In this document: one piece after another, positions 1-12,657 of the stretch
Layout of the letters: each line of letters begins with the position of its first letter
Position numbering within the stretch: position 1 is the stretch's first letter
Assembly (NCBI RefSeq): GCF_000315625.1
Contig: NW_005434638.1
Coordinates: forward strand, 108,107-172,106
DNA length: 64,000 bases
Direction: 5' to 3'
From: Guillardia theta CCMP2712
Taxonomy: Eukaryota; Protista; Cryptophyta
The notes under the pieces: model-generated
What the model was told of the DNA's origin: nothing
What the model saw: the letters and a program-made list of their open reading frames with translations, nothing else
Databases searched by the model: none
Translations under genes and position numbers: made by a program

Positions 1-1525
1 TCAAGCAGTTGGATGCTCCCACGACCAAGGATTACCTTCACATCCTCATGTTCCTGTACAATAAGATCGATCCCAAGTTTCAGCTGAGCCAGAACATTGC
101 GGAGGATGTTCCAGCCATGTTCAGACGTCTGCGATATCCTTTCAACGTGAGCAAGAGCCACCTTCAAGCTGTCGGCTCTCCGCATGCCTGGCCCTCGCTC
201 CTCGCCTCTCTCGTGTGGATCGTTGAGCTGCTCCAGTATGAGAAGCAAGTAGAAATCGCAATGATGGAGGACCCTGAATCCGAGAACCCTGACAAGATGT
301 TCTTCGACTACCTGGCAAAGGCCTATGACTCGTTCTTGCAAGGCAGCGACAACGATGAGTACATCGAGCAGGAGCTGGCACAGGCCTTCAACGCTAAGAA
401 TGAAGCAACACAGGAGGAAGTCGATCGTCTCAACACAGCAAACAGGAAAATGGAGGAGGAGATAGAAGAGCTCTCAGAGTCCAAGCTTGAGGAGCTTCAG
501 ACGAAGCGCTCCCTGCTCCAGAAGGATCTGGAGAAGTTCAAGCTGCTCATCACGAACCTCGAGAAGCATCTCGTGGATGTGGAGAAGAAGACTACAGAGA
601 TCAAAGAGGACGCAGCGGCCAAGGAAGCAGAGCTGAAGGCGACAGAGGCCGAGAAGGCGCACTTGCAGGAGGTTGTCGGACAACAGGAGACGAAAGCTAT
701 CGATGCCCAGAGGATCGCAGCGGAGAGAGGTCGATTGCAGGACGACCTCAGGAAGACGGCAGCGGAGAAGGAGAGTCTTCAGAACAACATCTACAACGCT
801 GAGATCTCCTTGGCTAACAAGCAGGCAGAGATCGAGAAACAGATCCAAGAGTACAACCGCATGGCGACTGAGATGAAGATTGTTCCGTCCACAGCAAAGC
901 ATGCCAACGGCATCTCCTTTGACATCCCGGTGGCGTCTAGAGGAAACGGCGTCGACCAGCTCATCGCGTTGGGAGGAAAGTCGAGCCTCAAGCAGGACCT
1001 CGTCAACCTGCGCGACTCCTTCCTGGAGAAGGCGCAGGAGGTTCATTCGCAGCGGATGGAGAGCGAGGAGAAGGTGCGGGACATGCAGATGCAGGTGGAG
1101 GAGAAGAAGGAGGAGATCGCGAACCTGGAGGAGGACTGCCGCACCAAGGAGCAGCTGCTGGTGAGGGACAAGGAGCTGCTCGAGATGGAGCTGAAGAACA
1201 CAGCGACTGAGGTCCAGGCTTTGGAGGAGATGGTTGCCAGCGGGATGAGCATGGGAAAAGCTCGGCTCGTCGCCGCTAAGAAGAAGGTGGAGGAGCTCCA
1301 GCGAGAGTTCAAGGAGGTCCAGAGCGGGTATCAGAGGAGACGAGCAGCTCGCAGCGACTCGCTCATGGCGCTGTGCTCGCTTGCCGCCCAGCACAAGCTG
1401 AACGTACAGGTTTACCCTGACCCTTCCCATCTTGCGTTTGCTGACGAGTGTTGTTACGGCAGGAGAGGCTTCAGGAGCTTGAGAGCAGGTGCCTGAGCCT
1501 GCAGAACCAGATCGCAACTTCATGA
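1..1525 (+). CDS. NDC80: Kinetochore protein Ndc80/HEC1 (5' truncated at window edge)
   Basis: CH-domain motifs 'LRYPFNVSKSHLQAVGSPHAWPSLLASLVWIVEL' and 'FFDYLAKAYDSFLQG' followed by a long coiled coil. A GT-AG intron at 1410-1462 leads to a last exon ending at TGA 1523-1525. Confidence 0.9.
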
Positions 1526-1622
1526 GAGAGGGGGGGCGAGTAACACTGTTGAGCATGACAACTCTAAGAATACTGTGGATTAATGAAATGACTAACTCGG
1601 CTCGATGGGGCCCATTGGGAGC

Positions 1623-3755
1623 TCAGAGAAGATTCAGGACGATGCCAATGCCGATAGTCAACCCGTCCTGCATGCCCGAGTTGAGAGGAGAAGGAGAAAG
1701 AGGGGAAAAGAACCTCTCGGAGGACGAAGCGTCCGAGTTGAGAGAAGTCCTTGTATGTCTCTGCGATGAGTCAGATGAGCAGGCAATGAACAATATTCAT
1801 GGTCACTCACCGACACAGATTTCTGAGGAGAACTCCAGCCTTAGGACGGCAGATTGACCCCGTCGAACAAACGGACGTTTGACCTCTCCGAGCTGAACGA
1901 TGAGGATGAGAAGCACGAGAGAAACGGAGAGACGGATAGATCACGAGGAGGGGAGGGGAGTGCGATAGAGGAAAGGGAGGAAAAGTAGAAGAGGGAGGGA
2001 CAGGGATGGGAGTGAGCTGGGGGGGGGGGGGGGGCAAGGGAGGAGCAGCTGGTGATTTTGACCTGCTTGTCTATGACTGAGATGACTGATTCCCAAGTGC
2101 AATCGGTGGCGATGGAGTGACAGTGGAACATGCAACTGAGCCAATGTCAGCACAGTGACGAGCTAGGGGAGCGCTCACGAGTATCCGGCAGCGATAATGC
2201 TCTTGCAGTCCAGGATGTTCACCTTGACCTCAATGCTGCGCATCGTCATCATCATCATCATCGGCCTCCTCCTCCACCACCACCACCACCACCACCACCA
2301 CCACCTCCTCCTCCTCCTCCTCCTCCTCCTGCCCCATCATCTCGTCTTCAACTCCTCTGCCTCCACTTCCTCCTCCACTTCCTCCTCCTCCTCGCCCTCC
2401 TCTCACCATCTGGTTGCCTTCGCCCTTCCAACACCTTTCGACGGGCTGAGAATACTTCCAGCAGGAACGTCTTCCGTGCAACCCTTCACCTGATTTCAAT
2501 GTCATTTCCCGCGACCCCTCTGCTCACAAGGAAGGACCTTTAGGCGAAGGATGTCGCCTGCCGACGACTCCTCCACACTCGTGCTCTCGAAGAAGATCTG
2601 AGTGATGGTGATCACCGAGTTGTCGGGGAGGAGGAGGAGCTCCTCTCCTGCTCTGATCACCCCGCACTCCAACTTCCCCAGCAGGTAGACGTCTGTCTCC
2701 CGATACGCGCAAGACACTTGGAAGCGGACGGGGAGCGAGGGCTGCGATTTGACGAGCTTGACCGTATCGAGGGCTTCGATGAGGGAGGGGCCATCGTACC
2801 AACTGCAGACGTCAGGGCCCATCCGAGACTTGAGGTTCACTCCGTGTAGGCCGTCCAGCGGGAGGAAGACGACCTCGCTCAAGCCATAGCCTATGGACTT
2901 GAAGAACGGCTGCAGCTTCCCTACGATGTCGTCGTACCGCTCCTTGCTCCACGAGCACTCGTCCATCTTGTTCACGGCCACGATCAGGTGCCGGACTCCC
3001 GTGCTCCTGATGAGGATCGCATGCTCCCGCGTCTGGCCCCCCTTCTCGAACCCTGCTTCGAACTCCCCCGTCCTTGCAGAGATGATCAGCACTGCTACCT
3101 CAGCTAGAGCCGCTCCTGCGATCATGCTCGGCACGTAGCCCCTGTGCCCTGGGGCATCTAGGAGTGTGTACTTCCTGTTTTCGCTCTCGAAGTAGGCCTG
3201 CCCGACCTCATGCGTCTTGCCCTTCTCCCGCTCCTCAGCAGTCAAGTCCATCGCCCATGCGAACTTCCAGGAGGCTCTTCCCATGGCCGTCGATTCTTTG
3301 GTGAACTTGTCCAGGGTTCTGTCGTCGAGCTGGCCGAAGGAGTAGAGCAGGTGACCGCTGATCGTGCTCTTGCCTGCATCAACATGCCCGACCATCACCA
3401 TGTTACAGTTCACCTTCTGGCTACTCTGATCGGATCCTCCTTTCAGGGTAAGGGTGTTCCCACCGGCCCTAGGTCGGACGAGGTGTCCGCGATCAGGTGC
3501 CATGAAAGCATGCCTCAAAGAAAGGAGGTGCTCATGGCTAGCGTGGTATACCGGAGACATGCACAACATGGAGAACACGATCCATGCTGTCGACGACAAA
3601 GACATAGCAACGATTGAAGCTGATTGTAGGGTTGACTTGCCTCTGATCCCTCTCTTCTTCTCTCTTGTCCTGTCCTGTCCTCCTCTCCTGTCCTCTCCTC
3701 TCCTCTCCTCTCCTTCGCCCCCCTACTATCACCACCCACGGATCGCCGTAGCCAT
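1623..3755 (-). CDS. eRF3: Translation release factor GTPase eRF3 (Sup35/GSPT-like) with an N-terminal signal + transit-like leader; multi-exon
   Basis: GHVDAGKST, DAPGH, 'ISARTGEFEAGFEKGGQTREHA' and NKMD motifs. Spliced downstream exons give domain II/III ('VNILDCKSIIAAGYSCMFHCH', 'ETYKDFSQLGRFVLREDGLTIGIGIV'), stop at 1623-1625. A short upstream exon (gccATG at 3755) splices in frame to ORF 2502-3605. Confidence 0.85.
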
Positions 3756-4268
3756 GGCCTGCAAGGCTCTGGCCTCCCGTGGAAGTTTTTCTTTTCCAAA
3801 CTTTCCAAGGCAAAAGTTTCCAAAGTTTTGATCCTGAAGTTGCATCTACCAAACTTTGAAAACTCTGCCCGACCCGCCGAGGCAGAGATACAAAAGGCAG
3901 TAAATAACAGATAGCAAATGTCAATTACAATAAAATGATGCCCTTAAAGAATGGGGATGAGAGGGGATGAGCCGCAGAAGCCGCAGAACCTTTCGAGGAA
4001 TGCAGGAGGCAGGCGGCGAACGAGATGGGGAGGAGGAGAGGCAGGAGGAGAGGAATGAGAAGTGCAGGGATGAAGATCAAGGAGCAGAAGCAGAAGCAGG
4101 ACTAGGAGCAGAAAGTGCAAGATGAGTCGCATGGGGAGCAGGGAGACGGAAAGATGAGAGGCGTGTGTGACAATAGAGGACAAACTTTGGAGGATGCGAT
4201 GCGGTGAGGAGGGAATGTTTTCAAGACTGCACCATCAGCTCTCCGTGAACTGAGACGGTTGTCAGGCT

Positions 4269-5002
4269 ATGACGAAGACTGTTCTTGTGTTTCTCTGCGA
4301 AGGATTCGAGGAGATCGAGACCGTCTCCCCCATCGACATCCTGCGCAGGGCAGGAGCTCAGGTGACTGTGGCGTCGTTGACGAAGGATCTGCATGTGAAG
4401 GGAAGAAGCAACATCATCATGTCCGCTGACGTGGACCTGGATGCCGTCAAGGATCAAGACTTCGACTGCGTCCTCTGCCCCGGAGGCCCGGGGACGAAGC
4501 ATCTCCGAGAGGACGCCCGTGTGATCAGCATTGTGCAGAGGTGAGGGGACTTGAGAGGGAGGAGGAGGAGTTCGTGAGGGAGGGAGGGGGGGGGGGAGGG
4601 GGATAGTGAGGAAGGAAGGAGGAGGTGAAGGAGGGTGAGAGAGTGAGGAAGGAAAGAAGAGGTGAAGGAAGGAGGAGGTGATGGAGAAGAGGAGGTACTG
4701 AGGAAAGACTGTGGGAGGATGATAATGGGTTCAGGCACCATCAGAAGTCTGTGAAGCTTGCGGCGATCTGTGCTGCTCCTACGGTGTTGCATCAGGCCGG
4801 GGTGCTGGGATCCAAGTACACAGCCCACTTCTCGGTGAAGGAGACCATCCCCGACATCATGGAGCAGGCGGTCGTTGTGGACGGCAACATAATCACGTCA
4901 CGTGGGGCAGGGACGGCGACGGAGTTCGGACTAGCGGTGGTCAGGGAGCTCATCTCCAAAGAGAAGTCAGACGAGGTTGCCAAGTCCATCTGCTACATGT
5001 GA
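4269..5002 (+). CDS. DJ-1/PfpI (ThiJ/YajL-like) family protein; 2 exons
   Basis: 'GFEEIETVSPIDILRRAG', 'FDCVLCPGG', 'AAICAAP' (nucleophile elbow Cys) and 'IITSRGAGTATEFGL'. Purine-rich intron ~4541-4734. Confidence 0.9.
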
Positions 5003-5055
5003 TGCTGCCCTGGAGGCAGGCAGGAGAGGAGGGAGGAGGTCGTTTATGTGGAGTG

Positions 5056-6938
5056 TCATCGGATGCGCATGCTGGTGTGTGAGGGAGGAGGGGGTCTTGT
5101 CTTGTGGTGGTCCACCGTCCTGGAGGTCAGCGCGTCCGATAAGCGCCATAGCACCCTCCCGACGGGTCGACCTCTGGCTTGCGCTACTTTCGTCCTGCAT
5201 GTTTGTGATCAGTAAAGATGAGGAAAGAGATGGAGAGGCAGGAAAACTTCTCTCTCACCACTCGATCCCCCACTTGAGGAGCGCAGCGACGAAGCCGTTG
5301 AGGGTGAAGTGTCCCAACCTCACTGATCCGGAGTACTTCCCGAGAGACAGGCAGTACATCCTGCAGTTAGGCATTTCAAAGAGATGCAACTCTGGAGTGA
5401 GAACGATTGGAAGGGATGGAGGTAGATGGGGGTAAAGGGTAGAATGCTGCTGCACCTGCTCTCAAGACTCGGGATGTAATGATGCATTCTCGATCCCGTA
5501 AGCGAAGATCTGATGTTGTTACAGACGAGCTTGGCCTGGATTTCTGCTGTGTGACCAAGCTTCTCATCCGGCAACCCGTCGATGCTGATCGCATCCCCGA
5601 CAGCAAAGATGTTGCTCTTATTGTATACCTTCACCATCCTCGTCAACAACCAGAGGCAGCACAGCAACGTCGACATACAAGAAGGTGGTCAGATACAAGG
5701 ATCGAGCCGTCGTCTTTCAGCGTGAACCGCATCTTTGAGTCCTTTAGGAAACCCGTCATGGGTCTGCCTCCAAGGCACCAGTACACCCGATCAGCCCTGA
5801 CCTGTGCAAAGAGCGTGAGGAGCAGAGATGGGGCGTCACTTCACTACAGTCTCTTCCCCGACGAGGAAGGTTCTAACTGCCCCGTCGCTGCCTTGCGGGA
5901 TGCAGCGGTGGCCGAGGAGGACTCGCACGTTGCGGCGGGTCAGCCACTCCAACATGTACCTCTTGGAGGAGGAGGAGGCGAAAGTCTCGCACAGACTCTG
6001 ATGTGCATCTACCAGGGTGACTGACTTGGAAGGAAACTTCTCTACTATCTCAGCCGCAAGTTCCACGCCCACCGGCCCCCCACCCACGACGAGGACACTG
6101 GAAGCCTTGGCCACCTCCTCTGCTCGGGCTCTCCATCCTTCCTCCCTCTGCTGCATCCCGAACTCCCTGGGATCCGGCTTGATGCCCTCACTGTAGTTAC
6201 TCCCGCAGGCGAGGATGAGGAAGTCGAACTTGACCCGCTGCGCTTCTCCGCTCCCGTGAGGAAGGAAATCCACCGAGCCATCGTGAACGTCGACGGCAGT
6301 CCCATGACAGAAGTTCACCCCCTGCAAGTACATCACTGACAGCATCATCCCTCCTCCTCCTTCCCCTTCACCTCGAGCAGGCTCAGCGGGAAGCAGAGGT
6401 CCTTGAACATGCTCGGCTTCACAAGGAGCTGAAGTACCCCAGGGGTGTACTCGAAGAAATCTCGTTGGTCGATGACGGTGACGTTGAAGTCATCCATCAA
6501 GTTCCTGGCGCATGACAACCCGCCGAACGATCCTCCGATGATACAGACACTCTTCCGTGCTCTCTTGCTCGTTCCCCACCGTGCACACAACCTCTTGACC
6601 CCTTGCATCATGTACAACAGCACATCCAACACTTCGAGCACAACTCGGGAGCACAAGCATGCGAGCTTGAAAGTTGTGATCCGAGCGATCATACAAACGT
6701 TCGCACATGCACGGAGGAGGATCCTTCCTATAGATGTCTCTGTTGACTTGCATGCTTGCCCCTGACCCGACGGGTTGCTCATTCGGTGGCCCAACGCGCC
6801 TTGACCATGTCGCCATCTCTTGTAGCACAAGGACAGGTCATTTTTCGGGTTGGAGTTGCAGTGATGACCGATGATTTGAAAAGAGTGCGACAGGCTGAGA
6901 GAAATGCAGACGACGATTAGTAACAACAGCTTCGACAT
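5056..6938 (-). CDS. FAD/NAD(P)H pyridine nucleotide-disulfide oxidoreductase, AIF-M2/FSP1-like, probably plastid-targeted; multi-exon
   Basis: 'VCIIGGSFGG' (FAD binding), 'VLVVGGGPVGVELAAEI' (NADH binding), 'NIFAVGD' and 'KLGHTAE'. N-terminus MSKLLLLIVVCISLSLSHS-F resembles a signal peptide followed by Phe at +1. Confidence 0.8.
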
Positions 6939-7129
6939 CCGTGAGATATGGCTGCGAGAAAGATTACGCTTCCTCTGCTGATTCTTGTAGGTAGTTGTCT
7001 ACTTGTCTGTCATAACTTTTCCTACATGTTTCGTGCCCTCATCTTCGCCTCGCCTTCTCCCTCCTCCAATCTTCTTCCCCGCGTTTCTCATCCTCGTTTC
7101 TGCATCTCTTGTGTGTCCTCCAAAATCTC

Positions 7130-7760
7130 ATCTTCCCGGCCCCTGTTCGGCGGATTCTCAGTACCGGACCGCGCCGCCCGGCCGGGCCGGGCCCGGAGCC
7201 CGGGCCAGGCTCACTCTAGGAAAGCCCCCTCTTCGCCTCACGTACTACATTGCCGTCCTGAAACACGTCAGTCGTCTTGGCCACCGTGGCACTGCCAGGC
7301 TGAACTTCCCGGAAGCCGTGACGACTCAGTCACTACTGAAGTTTACACCGTGGGAGAGTTTTTGTTAACCTGCGTCGCCCGGTCAGCCGCGGCGTCACGT
7401 GGGACCAAACTTTTTGAAAACTTCGCTGCCGGCACTGTCACAGTGACATGACTGTCACCGTGACGGGTGCGGTCGGGAGAGCGATCCGATGATCTGGCCC
7501 GGTGAACCGGCGGCCCCGGGCCGGGGCCCCGGCCCCCCAGTGATCATGACCGACGCCAGACCGCAGGCTGCCATCGTCGCCGCACTCAGTGCACGCGGGC
7601 GGCGGCGCCCGGCCAGTCGGAAGGCTCACCGTGCACTGAGCGACCGGACCGTCACAAGGCTGAGTCGCCCCGCCGGTCCGGGTCGGATCGCCCGGGGCCG
7701 GGCCGGGCCGCCCGGCAGCCGACTAGAGTCCGAGGCCCGGACTGGAGTGAGCCAGAAGTT
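7130..7760. promoter_or_regulatory. CCGG/CpG-dense GC-rich island between divergent genes
   Basis: About two dozen CCGG by manual count; no credible coding signal. Function is inferred only from position. Confidence 0.35.
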
Positions 7761-7929
7761 CCATGAGCGCACGTGCGGTCCCCAGGGAGTGAAGAGAAGA
7801 AGAGGAGAAGAGAAGGAGAAGAGAAGGAGAAGAGAGAGAGGAGAGAAGGAGGAGAGGAAGATACCACATAGAGCTGCAGTTGTGATTACGCTGAGCTGAT
7901 ATTCATCGATCGTCCCGCGAAGGGAAGTG

Positions 7930-8959
7930 ATGGCAGTCAAAGAGACGAAAGAAGTGAAAGAAACACAAGAAGATGCGAAGAAGACAAAGAAGAAGGTTTT
8001 GAAAAAGGGTAAAGAAGATGTGAAAGAAACACAAGAAGAAGCGAAGAAGACAAAGAACCAGAGTGCAAGCAATGGAAAAGAAAACGGCGGCGGCGAACCA
8101 AAACAGCAGAAGCGGAAGAAGGAGAATGACGAGGAGGGCAGATCTAAGAAGAAGCAGAAGGCGGATAATGGTGAGGAAGGGCAGGGAGAGAGCGACAAGC
8201 AGCAGGGCGGGAAACCGAAGAAGAGCATGAAGGACAAGCAGAAGCACAGCAAGGGAGGGAAGCCCACCGGCAAGGACGCTCATGTCGTCTGCTTGTGCTG
8301 CAGGAAGACAGGTCACACCCTTGCCAACTGCCCGTCGAACCCGAACAAGGCTAGCAGGAGGAAGAAGAAGCTCTGCTTCAATTGCGGCGAACCAGGTCAT
8401 AGCATCCACAACTGCCCCAAGGAGAAGGGGGAGAACGGGCTGAAGTTTGCCGTGTGCTTCATCTGTAAAGAGCAGGGGCACATCAGTGCGCAATGCCCGA
8501 AGAACGACCGAGGGATCTATCCCAAGGGAGGATGCTGCAAGGTAGAACCTGATTCCTCTCTGGACCTCCTTCTTGTCCCTGTCCTCGTCCTCGTCTTCTT
8601 CATGTCGATCTTGATCATCATTCATCTTCAACACAAGCAACATCCTCCTGTTCTCTCACTTGTGCTTCGTTCATGTCTTGCCCCGTATCATCTGCCGGCT
8701 CTGCCTCCATGTATCACAAGTGATGTTGGTGGTGTATCAGATCTGCGGGGACAAGAGACATCTCGCCAAGGACTGCCCTGAGAAAGGAACAGCCAAAGAC
8801 AAGAAGGCGAACAAGCAGCCCGACCAGCAAAGTGCCGACGACATCACAGGCAACGCTCAGTTTGAGCTGCCGCAGAAGCTCAAGGGGAGAGATCAAGGGG
8901 GGACAGAGGAGGCCGGGAAGAAGAAGGCGGCGAAGAATGCGAAGGTCGTCAAGTTCTAA
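7930..8959 (+). CDS. CCHC zinc-knuckle protein (ZCCHC9-like); 2 exons
   Basis: Four CX2CX4HX4C knuckles; the fourth is completed across intron 8542-8740 (GGCCK|ICGDKRHLAKDC). Lys-rich N-terminus; ends KVVKF. Confidence 0.8.
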
Positions 8960-9025
8960 CAGTTTTAACAATCTTACAGTTGAAGTAACACCTTGTATCA
9001 AACACACCCTTGCGCTCCTGCTCTG

Positions 9026-12000
9026 CTAGCTCTTGGATCTTTTTACCCGCCTCTCCTGGTCTTGTTGTACCTTGTTCTTCCTCTTCTTCTTGTCCGGTAC
9101 TTCCCCCTTGGTTGCATTCTTGTGCACAAAGATGTAGAACCTCTTGTTGTGCATCCCGTTGCTCCACAGCCTGTGGAGAAATCCCTTATCTCCCTCCTCC
9201 CTCCTCCCTCCTCCCTCCTCCCTCCTCCCTCCTCCCTCCTCCTCCCCCCCCCCCCCCCCACGTGCGCGCTCCACTTCAGCTTCAGCTTGCCCCCTTCCTC
9301 AACTCAAGCTCCCTCTTCCTCTTTCACCTGTCAAAGTAAGAGCCCGAGTTTGCAAAGTGCCCGCAGACTTCCCCTGTCGCTGAAATCAGACGAAGAGGAC
9401 AGGGAGGAGTAGGAGAGCAGAGGAACGGAGAGAGAAAAAAAGGCAGGTAGGCATGGAGAAGAAAGCTGTAAGGAGAGAGAGGAAGAGGAAGCGGGAGGGA
9501 GCGGGAGTCGAAGGGAAGGAAGGAAGGGTATGGATAGGGAAGGAGAAGAAGACAAGACGAGACGCTACCAGGCAGGCCGACGAACAACGGGAGGTCACGT
9601 ACAACTTGCGATCTCTTCCAATCCGCGGTCAGTTCGCGCCTGTCCACGAACAGCGGCTCATTCCCCTCCTCGTCCTTGAGGTCAGCGAGGGTTGCGAGGA
9701 CGGAGGCGATGTAGCGGCTGTTGTCGGAGAGGATTGTAAGGCTGCCCCCCGCCTCCAGCACGCGATGAGCTGAACGGAAGAAGTCCGCGGTGAGGAGATG
9801 AAGTGTCGACTCGCCGTCGCCGCCGCTCCAGAGGGGAGGCTCGGGGAAGTTGATCAGCACCTGCTCCAAGTGACTTGCCAGCTGGGGGGCAGGTGGAGGT
9901 AGACGACCTGAGAAAGGGACTCGGTGGGCACACGGCGGGAGAGGACAAGCTTCGCGTCCCCCGCCAGCACCGCGAGGTTGTTCAACTTGGACAGAGCCAT
10001 CTTGACAACCGTCTGCTGCCACGTCAGCATCATCACGTGCCGCCGCCGGGCCCGCAAACTTGACCTGCTGGGATCGATCGTGCCTGATCTCGAGGGAGAC
10101 CCAGTCGCTCGCTTGCTCTGTCTTGGCCTGCTGGACTTGTCAAGTTGACCTGGGGGCCGGGCAAGCTGGGCACCTGCTCGACAATCCACTCGCCGCTGCC
10201 GGAGCAGATCTCCATCCTGACAGGCCGGCGGGAGCTGAGGGAAGAGGTGAGTGAGTGCGGAAGGCTCGAGAGCTGCTGACCGATCGCCAGAGGCTCCACG
10301 GGAACTGTCGGAGGAGGAAAAGATCTTGAGGGGAGGAGGTGAGCGCTGGGGGAGGAGGGAGAAGGAAAGAGCTTACTCTCTCCCATGATAGGCGTGCGTC
10401 CTGATTGAAGTACCCTGAGACCGTCTCCTTTAAGCGCCTTCTGGCCTCCTCCTCCTCCTCCTCCTCCTCCTCTCTCGCCTCCTTTTTCTTTCCTCTCCCC
10501 TCCCTCCTCCTCAACAATTGTGAGAGCCCGCAGATGTCGTCCAAGTGCTGCACGAGCTTCGCCCCCATTTCATCTTCCTGCGACGTCAGAGGAGGCGAGC
10601 TGCACGCATGCCCTTCTCACCGCTTCTCATCCCCTCCTGCCCTCCGATCTCATGCATGAACAACGTCCTTGAGTAGCACTGGAGAAGAAACTTCGAGCAT
10701 TGCTCGGCAATGCCTCCTGCTCCTGCTGCTCCTGCTGCTCTTTCTCCAAGCTGATCAAGGTAATCCTCGACCTGGGAATATTTCATGTCTCGTTGCGACA
10801 CGGGAAGGAAAGAGGATCGGAACCGCAGTAGCCTCTCGCTCGAGCTCAGAGATGTGATGCTTGAGGAAGAGAGCTACTGACGCTCTCTTGGCCTTCGACC
10901 CTGCGCCCTCCTCCTCGTCCTCCTCGTCCTCGTCCTCCCTGTCCCTCACTTGCCCATCATCGTCTTCTGCATCATCGGCTTGCTCCTCACTCTGTTTATA
11001 TTGTATCACATGCTTCATCATGGAAGGATACTCAAACACCCACGTTCTTGGTTTTCACTCCAGCTCCAGCTCCAGCTCCAGCTCCAGCTCCAGCTCCAGC
11101 TCCAGCTCCAGCTCCTTTCTCTGCTCTCCTAGCAAGCACCCGATTTTTGACAAGCTTGAAGTCTTCTAGAGCTTTTCGAGACATCTTAACATCCCCCACA
11201 AGTGCTGCCATCTGCGCCAGCCCAACTTGTCCGGCTCCTGTTCCCAGATCCCTGCGCATCCATCAAATTCATCCCCTTGACTCTAGAAGACTATGCCGAT
11301 AGTCTCCTCCGCCGACCTCCCGGTGCCCAACTACCATCTTCTCCCCCTTTTCTGCCTCTCGTCGTCTCCGCATGCCCCTTCTTCTCCATCCACCTCAATG
11401 CTCCCTGCCCTTCCCTTCCCTTCCTCCTCCACTTGCTTATCCACCCCCCCCCACCCTCCACCGATCACGACCGTCAGTCCTCTCACCCGTGCTGCGCGAG
11501 GGTCTCTCGGGCTTCAGCGAGCATCAGTCCTTGGCTCATCAACCTCGTCACATAGTCGACCGTCGAGTCGTCTGCTCCAACGTCCCACTCCCCCCGCATC
11601 CGACCGAACACTGAGACTGCCTCCCTCACTGCCCCGGTCCGCACGCACCCCCTGTCGTCGGGCAGCGGCCAAGAGTCACACTCGACCCTCACATCCCTCC
11701 ACCTCTGACCTCAGGAACGTGTTGATCGTTCGGATGTTCGGCGAGATGCGGGAGCCTTCCTTTGACATGTCCTCCAGGACCTTGTTTGCCTCCCCCATCT
11801 CCCCCACCGTGCAGTATCCCTTCATGAGGGTGGTAAACGTCACGACCTGCACAAATTTCTCAGCAAGACGCGGAGAGGGCGAAAGGACAAGCTCCATCAC
11901 ATTTGGTCTGATCCCTTTCGACTTCATCTCCTCAAACATTCTCGCTGCTCCCGCTATCTGCACGGACACTGGTCATCCCCCGTCGACACCGGAGGCAACC

Positions 12001-12657
12001 TACATCCCCGTTCCGGACGTACGCATTAATGATGCTAGTGTAGGAATAGTCTGTCGGTTTGAGGCCTTCGTCTTGAATCGTTTGAAAGAATCTGAGTGCT
12101 TTGCTGAGCTGCTTGCGCTGGCCATGCAGCGAAATCTTCTTGTTCAGAAATTGTAGCCTCTTCTTCTCTTCTTTCTTGTTCGCTCGCTGTGATTTTTCTG
12201 GCGGAACCCTGCTTGTTTTCTCCACATTTACAGATTTGGTAGGCTTCTTCTGCTTCTTCTCTTCACCTCCCTGCTTATCTTCCCCGCTGGGATCTTCCTT
12301 TTTCTGCTCCTGGAAAGACCTCAGGAGGTAGAAGCAGCTTCACTTTCAGATTAGAACATCAAGCATCGTAGTTCACACATTGCACGACATAGGTACAGAT
12401 GTCGAAGCTGCAGCATGCAAGCAAGACAACGAGATCATCGCAAACATCCACTTCCCTCCACACGCATTAGCACATTTCGCAGATTAGGGCTGTTGACTCC
12501 ACGGAACCTCTCATGATCTCACCCGAGCTTCTATCATGCTCATGATCTTGCCGATGGACTTGTACACTCTTGCTCTTGCTCTCTTCATGTCCTTGCCCCC
12601 CATCTCCTTCGCCTTCTCCTGTAGTTCCCGCAAGCGCTCTTGCAGCGAATCCTGCAT
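9026..12657 (-). CDS. PPR-repeat protein fused to a TrmB-like tRNA m7G methyltransferase domain (PPR-TGM type); multi-exon
   Basis: PPR motifs ('PTDYSYTSIINAYVRNGD', 'VVTFTTLMKGYCTVGEM', 'PNIRTINTFLR'). C-terminal SAM-MTase motifs 'MEICSGSGEWI', 'WVSLEIRHDR', 'INFPEP' and 'LTILSDN'. Exact start and exon boundaries approximate. Confidence 0.75.
11059..11113. repeat. (CCAGCT)n hexanucleotide microsatellite, probably intronic
   Basis: Direct tandem repeat inside a predicted intron of the PPR-TrmB gene. Confidence 0.8.

Noticed and set aside
474-1556. 360-aa antisense ORF opposite NDC80, and similar shadow ORFs (7903-8643, 14649-15428)
   Set aside because: Mirror frames of biased-codon coding sequence with no domain signal.
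2130-2543. Poly-Pro/poly-His ORFs (also 9010-9412, 20614-22432, 30460-30968)
   Set aside because: Translations of intronic microsatellites.
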